This document shows, in pieces, positions 39,701 to 46,484 of a stretch of DNA of 64,000 bases; the first letter of the stretch is position 1; each line of letters starts with the position of its first letter. Under the pieces are notes generated by a model. That model made no database searches and was not told where the DNA came from. It saw nothing but the letters and a program-made list of their open reading frames with translations. A program made the translations under genes and the position numbers. Source of the stretch: a candidate division WOR-3 bacterium (GTDB lineage: Bacteria; Hydrothermota; Tepidihabitantia; Tepidihabitantales; Tepidihabitantaceae); the NCBI GenBank assembly GCA_965649295.1, contig CBFGKH010000001.1, forward strand, positions 224,001-288,000. Direction: 5' to 3'.

Positions 39701-39898
39701 CCCATCCGGCCCAATTGCCACGTTACGCTGGCCTGAGAAATCGAGCAGCTCCTCGTAGGAGTTGTTCGTGAGTTGGACCTCCGGCTGCCAAGCAGTCGAA
39801 TCCCTGCCGCCCGGCACCGGCTTGGCGACACCAAGCTCGGCGGCAAGAACTGGACCAGCCAGCAGCCCGGCAACGACGACCACGACCAAGCCTTTCAT
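36773..39898 (-). CDS. Secreted protein: BNR/propeller-like N-terminus, 2 CARDB-like repeats, Kelch-like propeller, T9SS-type CTD
   Basis: Signal peptide; repeated P-x-I/L-A-x-x-PDG-x-x-HVVW blades; DVGVQAIVTP; KGNNT/KGGNT motifs; GVYLVLL...VQRLVVTR. Confidence 0.8.
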   Translation of the reverse strand: MKGLVVVVVAGLLAGPVLAAELGVAKPVPGGRDSTAWQPEVQLTNNSYEELLDFSGQRNVAIGPDGMVHVVWYSALPVQAIHYIRRNPLTQQWTADTIISSDISDTLLRNPVISVDSTGRVYVAWVGGIGSTAMIYLKSCVPTGLGNGGWSPTIAAATLPPPFDREYPGLATTPDGLAHLVWIERLDIDNWAIAYRSFASGLPLGPEQLLVPSPTAKQHPVLAGARNNSVHLAYAGFDEGSGLFQIFYLARSGGSWQPVPENVSQAAGPQGWPSINCNPLTNEPHVVWRGRPTTGTAERIIHKFRSGGGWSAADTVSEPGNPVGQGGCQLAMTPDGRGHVVWAGKLIGMANPQILFRERNPSGTWDDIVALTTLPAGSNPDLPSIAGSYASRTVVVWRDSRPGRDGGVELYCRDGRPTSFHDVGVQAIVTPVGLIDSGEVITPQVIVRNWGTFTESFAVRLTITGGYQQTQMVTMLQEGESRLVTFAPPWNALLVGPFEVRCSTMLADIDPRNDTAVARGDVRVSDAAATAILAPQGTILVGEPVFPQVRVSNYGTAPSPIPVRFVVYDSAWNQVYNVAELTGVVPVNGSVDHSFGTAWTPVVTGRYRLNAVTEATNDRDPSNDLISDSVLVMSIVTGWRWRSTVPAEPSGKAPKAGASFTYHVGNGLIYLVKGNNTSDFYSWNPRQDSWQSLESVPFGSSQRKVKKGGTACSDGNRYLYMVKGGNTREFFRFDVFTGHWQELEPVPLEPSNKAVKGGGGMVYAEGPDGPSIYFLKGYEDDFLRFDIDSMVWSVLPSPPPGRKPKWAEGSWVVCDGMSTIYAHKAKYSELWTFNIETRQWAPTALPGIPIESGGKKRKAKDGSSGFYLDGVIVALKGGNTNEFYVYNISTNQWRPLDSMPASRSGGKPWRVKAGGDITGYTGFDRPGVPVSLPAIKGGGCDDVWSYECKKEELTEGFDGCQAGSVSAGLWPGWYSAQTIGSGRKLQLPEGTGAWVFDVTGRCVATGYGTAAIDLGRVGSGVYLVLLQTAGRQSVQRLVVTR

Positions 39899-40376
39899 AG
39901 CGTCCTCCCATCACGAGATTAGCGGGACTAGGCCCGCGCACCCTGAGCCGGACCCATCAGTCAGCGTGCGGGGCCTAGACCCGCGCATCATAATCACCGA
40001 AGAACTTAGGGTTGTCAAGCCCAAAGAGTATTCACGAATTCCGACATTGAACCACAAAACCTGCCCCGAGCCTATCGGATATCAACAAAGGGACGCCTAG
40101 AGCGCCGAGCAAAAGGAATCTACTGCCTCCATCACCCTCTTTGTGCCATGGGTGTCCTGGTGGTGAGCTTCTATGTCGGATTAGGCCCTCTACCAGACTT
40201 GACAACGAGCCGACGTTGTTCAACAATGATGCTGTCGAGACTGGTCAGGACTCGTAGAGCGCATTGGGCAATTGTCTGCGGACGTGCGGCGCGAACGCAC
40301 GCATCCGACAGCCCGAAGGGCGGTGACTGCCGGACGCACAACTGACTGACCGCCCGGTTGTCCGAAGGAGGCCCAA

Positions 40377-42761
40377 GTGTCCGACACCAAGGTTCTCGCA
40401 CTGGCAGCCTTCTGCTGCCTGCTTTTCACCACCGCGGCATTCGCCGTGGCGCCCTTTGCCAAGTCACAACCAGTTACCAAGTTCGGCAGCGACGCCATCA
40501 CAATTCCCAGAATCCTCTCCTATCAGGGCAAGCTGACCGATACCTTAGGCGTGCCGGTGGCAGACACGCTCCACTGGGTACGGTTCCGGCTCTATACCCA
40601 ACCGTCGGGCGGCACTCCGTTCTGGGATGAGGAGGTCCAGAACGTGCGCACCAGGGCTGGGCTGTTCTCGGTGCTGCTTGGGTCGGTTGAACCTCTCAGT
40701 GCACTGCCCGATGGTGGTGAGGTGTATCTGGGAATGGCGGTTGACGGTGGAGCCGAGCTACTGCCCAGGCTACGGATAGCCAGCGCCGCGTATGCGTTTC
40801 TTTGTGAGCGGGCAGCGAACGCTGACCTGCTGCAGGGCCGGGACACGGCTGCGCTTGATGGTCGGTATGTGAACGAAGGCCAAGCAAACGCAGTCAGCTC
40901 AGCGATGATTACTGACGGCACGATCGCGGCTAGTGACCTTGGGCAGATGGGCGCTACTGTAGGTCAGGTAATGAAGTGGACTGGCAGCGTCTGGGAGCCA
41001 CGAAACGACAGCGTCGGCGTCTCTGGTGGTGGCACGGTAACAAGCATTGGTCAGGGGACAGGCGTGGTCTGCACGCCCAATCCGATCACGACCACGGGCA
41101 CGGTTGGGTTCGACCAGACCTATGGTGATGGACGGTATGTGAACGAAGGTCAGGCTGCGGCCGGTGACCTGGCCGGCACCTATCCGAACCCAACACTCGC
41201 CACCAGCGGCGTCACTGCCGGCACCTATGGCAGCGCGACTCAGGTGCCGCAAGTGACGTTTGATGCTAAGGGCCGGGCGACAGCGGCGGCGAACGTCACG
41301 ATTGCGGGCGTGGCTCCGGGCGGGACTGCCGGCGGCGACCTGACCGGCACCTATCCCAACCCAACCGTGGCCAACAATGCTATCACATCGGCCAAGATAC
41401 AGGATGGTCAGATAGCCACGTCAGACCTCAACGCAACCTCTTTCTCAGCCTGGGATCAGAACGCGGCGAACGACATCACCAACACCACTGCGGCTGGCGG
41501 CGACCTGACCGGCACTTATCCCAGCCCGACACTCGCCACCAGCGGCGTCACTGCCGGCACCTATGGCAGCGCGACTCAGGTGCCGCAAGTGACGTTTGAT
41601 GCTAAGGGCCGGGCGACAGCGGCGGCGAACGTCACGATTGCGGGCGTGGCTCCGGGCGGGACTGCCGGTGGCGACCTGGCCGGCACATACCCCAATCCGA
41701 CCGTGGATGGGCTGCAGGGACGCACCGTGTTGGCGACTGCGCCCGCGACCAACCAGAAGCTCGGGTGGAACGGCAGCGCGTGGGGCCCCACCGACGAGGC
41801 TTGGGTGCGCGTCGGCACGGACAGCGTGCTCTACACCGTGAGGCAAGTCGGCATCGCTCGCGGCGGGTCGTTCAACATATTGAACGGGACACAAACCTTC
41901 ACCCAGACGAACCTGGGCGCCTATCAGTGCACAACCGGTGTTGCCGGCACGAGCTACAACTATCAGACTGTGAGTGGCGGCTGTCGCTGTGTTGCCGAAT
42001 CAACGGGCGCAACGGTTGGCGGCGGAATGGTAAACGAGGCCCGTGGGCAGTATGCGACTGTCGGTGGCGGGTTCGACTGTATCGCGAAGGGGTCGTACTG
42101 CACTATCAGCGGTGGGTATGACAACACGGCAAATTCCGTGGGTGCCACAATCGGCGGCGGGGCCATCAACACCGCGAGCGGACCCTACTCCACAGTCCCG
42201 GGTGGTGCGCAAAACGCGGCTCGCGGTCGGTACAGCTTTGCAGTCGGATTTTTTGCCAAGTCTAATCACGCCGGCTCGTTTGTCTGGAGCGATTCTTCGG
42301 ATCGTTATTATGACTCTGTTTACACCACCGACGCAAACCAGTTCCGGGTCCGGGCTCGGGGCGGGACGTGGTTCTTCAGTAACGCGGGTATGACGACCGG
42401 TGCTTATCTGGCACCAGGCTCCAACTCATGGGCCTCAGCCTGTGACAGTGCCACGAAAGAAGACTTCCGTGACGTGGATAAACAGGAGCTGTTGCGGACG
42501 GTTGCTGGGCTACGGGTGCGAAACTACAAGCTGAAAGACCAGAATGACGGCACGCGACACATTGGTCCCGTGGCCCAGGATTTCCACGCGGCATTTGGCG
42601 TGGGCGAGGACAGTAAGAGCATCAACTTGGCCGATGCCGACGGCGTACTCCTGGCCGCAGTCCAAGCGCTCTATGAGCAGAATCAGCAACTGTTCGACCA
42701 GAATCAGGAGTTGCGGGCTGAGCTCGACGCCTTGAAGGCCGAGCTGGTTGCAAGAAAGTGA
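40377..42761 (+). CDS. Signal-peptide-bearing fibre/adhesin-like protein with C-terminal peptidase S74 intramolecular chaperone
   Basis: LSYQGKLTD N-domain; GGDLTGTYPNPT repeats; TVGGG-x-x-N-x-A beta-roll repeats; SACDSATKEDF...HIGPVAQDF plus coiled coil. Confidence 0.85.
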   Translation: MSDTKVLALAAFCCLLFTTAAFAVAPFAKSQPVTKFGSDAITIPRILSYQGKLTDTLGVPVADTLHWVRFRLYTQPSGGTPFWDEEVQNVRTRAGLFSVLLGSVEPLSALPDGGEVYLGMAVDGGAELLPRLRIASAAYAFLCERAANADLLQGRDTAALDGRYVNEGQANAVSSAMITDGTIAASDLGQMGATVGQVMKWTGSVWEPRNDSVGVSGGGTVTSIGQGTGVVCTPNPITTTGTVGFDQTYGDGRYVNEGQAAAGDLAGTYPNPTLATSGVTAGTYGSATQVPQVTFDAKGRATAAANVTIAGVAPGGTAGGDLTGTYPNPTVANNAITSAKIQDGQIATSDLNATSFSAWDQNAANDITNTTAAGGDLTGTYPSPTLATSGVTAGTYGSATQVPQVTFDAKGRATAAANVTIAGVAPGGTAGGDLAGTYPNPTVDGLQGRTVLATAPATNQKLGWNGSAWGPTDEAWVRVGTDSVLYTVRQVGIARGGSFNILNGTQTFTQTNLGAYQCTTGVAGTSYNYQTVSGGCRCVAESTGATVGGGMVNEARGQYATVGGGFDCIAKGSYCTISGGYDNTANSVGATIGGGAINTASGPYSTVPGGAQNAARGRYSFAVGFFAKSNHAGSFVWSDSSDRYYDSVYTTDANQFRVRARGGTWFFSNAGMTTGAYLAPGSNSWASACDSATKEDFRDVDKQELLRTVAGLRVRNYKLKDQNDGTRHIGPVAQDFHAAFGVGEDSKSINLADADGVLLAAVQALYEQNQQLFDQNQELRAELDALKAELVARK
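41193..41668 (+). repeat. Two identical 140-bp direct repeats inside the fibre gene
   Basis: 41193-41332 = 41529-41668 (acactcgccacc...gggactgccgg), offset 336 bp, in frame. Confidence 0.9.
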
Positions 42762-42770
42762 GGCAGAGCT

Positions 42771-43328
42771 GTGAAGACGAATCTTGTTGCGCTGTTGTGT
42801 GGTCTTGGTGCCCTGGGTCTGCTTGGCAGTAACGCTGCTCGTGTCCAACCCTATCGCTGTGACTGGAGCGTGAACGGGATTGGAGGCGGAGAGATGAGTT
42901 CGACCGCGTACAAGTGCGGCTCCAGCGCTGGCCAGACCGCAGTTGGGCTGGCGACAACATCGGGTCTGCAGGTGTTTGCCGGGTTCTGGCTGCCCGACTA
43001 CGGCGTCGGTATCCAGGAACCGAGTGACACCAGAGTCGGCAACGTGGCTCTGGTCACGCGGCTGGAACGGGCCGCGCCGAATCCGGCCCGACGAATCGTT
43101 ACGATTCGCTACACCCTTGCTCTTGACCAGAAGGTGTCACTCGCAGTTTGTGACCTGACCGGTCGGGTGGTGCGCGAGCTTCTCGGGTCGAGCGTCAATC
43201 GAGGCGAGCACACCGTTGTCTGGGACGGCTGTGATGGCAGTGGCCATCTGCTGCCGGCCGGCGTCTATCTCCTGCGGTTCGCTGCCGGCGACTACAGGAC
43301 AACGCAGAAGCTCATTCTGCAGCGGTAA
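42771..43328 (+). CDS. Small secreted protein with FlgD-Ig/T9SS-type C-terminal domain
   Basis: Signal peptide; GGG-x-MSS-x-x-Y...SAGQ...AGFW; PNPARR...VWDGCDGSG..LPAGVYLLRF...TQKLILQR. Confidence 0.8.
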   Translation: MKTNLVALLCGLGALGLLGSNAARVQPYRCDWSVNGIGGGEMSSTAYKCGSSAGQTAVGLATTSGLQVFAGFWLPDYGVGIQEPSDTRVGNVALVTRLERAAPNPARRIVTIRYTLALDQKVSLAVCDLTGRVVRELLGSSVNRGEHTVVWDGCDGSGHLLPAGVYLLRFAAGDYRTTQKLILQR

Positions 43329-43500
43329 CCGGACGCAGTTCTCAGGATTCTCGGCGGGGCGCAATGCCCAGCCGAGCCGCTGTTTGCCCCACAGCCATCA
43401 TCAAGTTATACGCACGAGTGAACGGCCATGAGCACAAGAAGTTCTGACCGCCAGCTTGCACCCTTTTCAAGGTGCAGAACTAATAGTGGCCGACAGGTCC

Positions 43501-43842
43501 TAAATCATTACTTTGCAATCGCATAGCCAGCTCCTCGTAAGCTACCCTCCCCCATCCCCGGGACTACCCCCAACAGTCTCTCCTGAACTCCTGCCCCTGC
43601 TCTCCTCCGAACCCGTTGCCAGCGAGCCATCGTCAGTGTGACCGTAGCTACTTTCAAGCCGGTTACCAAATCAGCTATCGGCAGAGTTCTGAACTGAGCT
43701 ACCAATATTGCTCTTGCTTGGACTCCGGACGCCCCTACCGGTTGTCTCGGCGGATGAGCCAGCAACGGTGCTGACAGGCCACCTTGCCGCCGCATCTGCT
43801 AAAACCCCCTGCTTGCTCCCTTTACGGTTGCTTCATGTTTGG
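43501..43842. repeat. Degenerate 12-bp-periodic intergenic array C
   Basis: Motif taaatcattactttgcaatcgcata at 43501-43525; 24 12-mers from 43555 (tccccgggacta...), of which 22 start with pyrimidine-pyrimidine. Confidence 0.75.
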
Positions 43843-43985
43843 CATCCTACTGCGAAATGAACCTGCCACCCGTTGTCTGCATCTTCTGGCCGCCCAGCTG
43901 CCGTACGGGCTCAGCGGATGACCAGACTGCAACCGCTCTACTGTCGCACTTCCCATCAGCCAATTCCGGCTTATACTTCTCGCAA

Positions 43986-44705
43986 GTGGCTGCATGCCTT
44001 GTCCGTGACCTTGTCCGCGACTACGGAACGTTGCGGGCACTTGCCGGCATCTCATTTTCGATTCGCCCCGGCGAGATCTTCGGCCTCATCGGCCCGAACG
44101 GCTCAGGCAAAACCACTACCCTGCGCATCATCGCTACGCTGTTGCAGCCGACCGCGGGCAGCGTTGAGGTCCTCGGCCACGATGTCACCAAAGAACCCGG
44201 CCATGTTCGCCGCCTCCTTGCCTACCTACCGGAGGATGCCGGCGCCTATCGCAACCTCACCGGCCGCGACTACCTGCGCTTCATGGCCACGTTCTACTCT
44301 AAGGACAACGCCGGCCGCGATACGCTTGTTGCCCGGGCTGAGCAAATCTGCGGCCTCGGCAACCGACTGCGCGACAAGGTCAAGACCTATTCCAAGGGCA
44401 TGACGCGCAAGCTGCTCCTTGCCCGCGCCCTGATGACTGAACCCAAACTGGCGATTCTTGACGAGCCGACTTCTGGCCTTGATGTCGGCAACTCAATGGA
44501 GGTCCGCAACCGGATTAAGGAATTCGCCGCTCAGGGCACGACTGTCCTGCTTTCGTCCCATAACATGCTTGAGGTGGAGTTCCTCTCCGACCGAGTGGCG
44601 CTGATTCGCGCCGGCCGGATAATCGAAACCGGCACGCCTGCCGAGCTCAAGGCCCGCTACAACTGCCGCAATCTCGAAGAGGTCTTTCTCCAGCTTGACC
44701 GCTAG
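43986..44705 (+). CDS. ABC-2 type exporter ATP-binding subunit (NatA-like)
   Basis: GPNGSGKTT, YSKGM, ILDEPTSGLD, SSH; GTG start at 43986. Confidence 0.9.
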   Translation: MAACLVRDLVRDYGTLRALAGISFSIRPGEIFGLIGPNGSGKTTTLRIIATLLQPTAGSVEVLGHDVTKEPGHVRRLLAYLPEDAGAYRNLTGRDYLRFMATFYSKDNAGRDTLVARAEQICGLGNRLRDKVKTYSKGMTRKLLLARALMTEPKLAILDEPTSGLDVGNSMEVRNRIKEFAAQGTTVLLSSHNMLEVEFLSDRVALIRAGRIIETGTPAELKARYNCRNLEEVFLQLDR

Positions 44706-44711
44706 CTACTG

Positions 44712-45989
44712 ATGCGCACGATTCTAAACATCGTCCAGAAAGAGGCCCGCGAGCTGCTCACTCCCCAGATGCTCGTGCCCTTTGTGGCGATGATGTTCAT
44801 CTTTCTCGTCATTGGCCGGGTGCTGCGGTCCGAGTTCGCTCGCTCATCCCAGCCCCAGACCGTGCTCGTCTGCGATCTCGACCAGACCAGCCTCTCTGCT
44901 CAGATTCGAGACGACCTGGCGGGCAACCAGCTTGCACCGGTCCTGTTCAGCGGCCCGACCGACTCAGCTTTGGCTCAGGCCCAGACCGCCGGCATCAACT
45001 GGGTGATTGTCATTCCGCCGGGTACGGCCGATTCGGTTGCTCGCCTGCGACCCGCACCCATCGAGGTCTATAACATCATCCGCGGGTTCTCGATCGCCCG
45101 CACCATGCGCCAGCTTCAGCTCAAAACTGTCTTCGAGCAGCTCAACGGGCACATCACCTTGTCTCGACTCCAACAACAGTTTCCTGCTGCCGATTCAGCG
45201 CTCCTCCTCTCACCACTCACGCTGCGTGAGTTTTTGCTCGTCAAAGGCCGACTCGCGGCTGGCAGCGCTGCCATGCTCGAAGGCCTGGTCTTCTCCCAGA
45301 CATTTCTCGTGCCGATCGTCCTGATGATGATCATCATCTACTCCAGCCAGATGATTGCTGCATCAATCGGTCAGGAGAAAGAGAACAAGACCCTCGAAAC
45401 CCTGCTCACCGTCCCCATCAACCGCACTAGCATTGTTATTGGCAAGATGCTCGGCGCGTCGCTCGTTGCTGTGGTTATTGCTGCCCTGTTCATGGTCGCA
45501 ATGACCTACTACATGGGCTCCTTCACCAGTTCGATGCCGTCATCCGGAATGGCCCCACCGGCAATACTTGCCAGCCTCGATATTGGCCTCACCCTGAAGT
45601 CGTTCGCCCTGGTTGCGGTCGCCCTGCTCCTCGCTGTGATTGCCGCACTCTCGCTCGCCACCCTGCTTGCCGCCTTTGCCGATGATGCCAAGAGCGCCCA
45701 GATGACCACCACGCCACTGATGATGCTTGTCACCTTGCCTTATCTTTTCACCATCTTTCTCGACCTCGAGGCTGCATCGCTGCCGGTCAAGATACTTGTC
45801 TATGCCCTGCCTTTCTCCTATCCGTTTCTCACGCCGCGGGCAGTTGCCTTTGGCCAGTATGGCATTGTCTTGGCCGGTTTTGTCTATCTCGCAGCCTTCG
45901 CCCTGGTCTGCATCGTGATTGCCGCCCGGATTTTCGCTACTGACCGGATTCTGACCGCCAAGCTCCGCTTCCGCCGCTCCCAGCGCTAG
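44712..45989 (+). CDS. ABC-2 type exporter permease (NatB-like)
   Basis: KEARELL, EKENKTLETLLTVPINRTSIVIGK; six TM segments with a large extracytoplasmic loop. Confidence 0.88.
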   Translation: MRTILNIVQKEARELLTPQMLVPFVAMMFIFLVIGRVLRSEFARSSQPQTVLVCDLDQTSLSAQIRDDLAGNQLAPVLFSGPTDSALAQAQTAGINWVIVIPPGTADSVARLRPAPIEVYNIIRGFSIARTMRQLQLKTVFEQLNGHITLSRLQQQFPAADSALLLSPLTLREFLLVKGRLAAGSAAMLEGLVFSQTFLVPIVLMMIIIYSSQMIAASIGQEKENKTLETLLTVPINRTSIVIGKMLGASLVAVVIAALFMVAMTYYMGSFTSSMPSSGMAPPAILASLDIGLTLKSFALVAVALLLAVIAALSLATLLAAFADDAKSAQMTTTPLMMLVTLPYLFTIFLDLEAASLPVKILVYALPFSYPFLTPRAVAFGQYGIVLAGFVYLAAFALVCIVIAARIFATDRILTAKLRFRRSQR

Positions 45990-45998
45990 GAAGACACC

Positions 45999-46421
45999 AT
46001 GTCAGTTCGCGAGACTGTCGAGGCCCGCTGCCCGGCCTGCGGTGAGGAATCAACCGTCACGGTCTGGCGCGCCATCAATGCCACGCTCGACCCTGATGCC
46101 CGCGAGCTGCTCCTTGCCGGCAGTGTCAACGTCTTCACCTGCCCCAAGTGCCGTTACGAATCCTTGCTCGACATTGACCTGCTCTATCATGACATGGAGC
46201 GCAAGTTCGCAGTGCAGTACTATCCGTTCGAACGCCTCGCTGACGACAGTTTCCTGGCCGCCTTCGACAGCACCGGCCGACTGCTGCGGCCCGAATACGA
46301 ACTGCCCGAGGCTGCCGAATATCTGCTCCGGCCGCACATCGTCTTCGAGCTGGGTGAACTGGTGCGCTACGTCGCCTTTCGCGAGCGGCTGCACGAGCTT
46401 GCCCAGCCCAGACCGGACTAA
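45999..46421 (+). CDS. CpXC-domain protein
   Basis: CPACG...INATLDP...FTCPKC...LLYHD. Confidence 0.8.
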   Translation: MSVRETVEARCPACGEESTVTVWRAINATLDPDARELLLAGSVNVFTCPKCRYESLLDIDLLYHDMERKFAVQYYPFERLADDSFLAAFDSTGRLLRPEYELPEAAEYLLRPHIVFELGELVRYVAFRERLHELAQPRPD

Positions 46422-46438
46422 CAGTTACCACCCAAAAC

Positions 46439-46464
46439 GAGGCGAGGCCCGCCGGCCTCGCCTC
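46439..46464. terminator. Bidirectional hairpin terminator
   Basis: gaggcgaggcc-cgcc-ggcctcgcctc between convergent genes, flanked by A and T runs. Confidence 0.7.
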
Positions 46465-46484
46465 TGATTTCGAGCTTGCCTGAA

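Noticed and set aside
40030..40200. Possible additional 12-bp array upstream of the 36773 gene
   Set aside because: A few RR-ending units, but no consistent register or convincing anchor.
40235..40370. c-di-GMP-type riboswitch in the fibre gene leader
   Set aside because: Hairpins are present (gcccgaagggc), but I could not find the GEMM consensus elements.
41193..41668. Diversity-generating retroelement TR/VR pair
   Set aside because: Copies are identical rather than differing at adenines, both are in-frame coding, and no reverse transcriptase is in the window.
40377..42761. Prophage tail gene
   Set aside because: Has a Sec signal peptide and no neighbouring phage structural, integrase or lysis genes.
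43839..43985. N-terminal extension of the ABC ATPase (likewise murJ 31095-31214, 49389-49463, 63620-63706)
   Set aside because: Promoter or RBS signals point to downstream starts; the extensions are ORF-caller artefacts.
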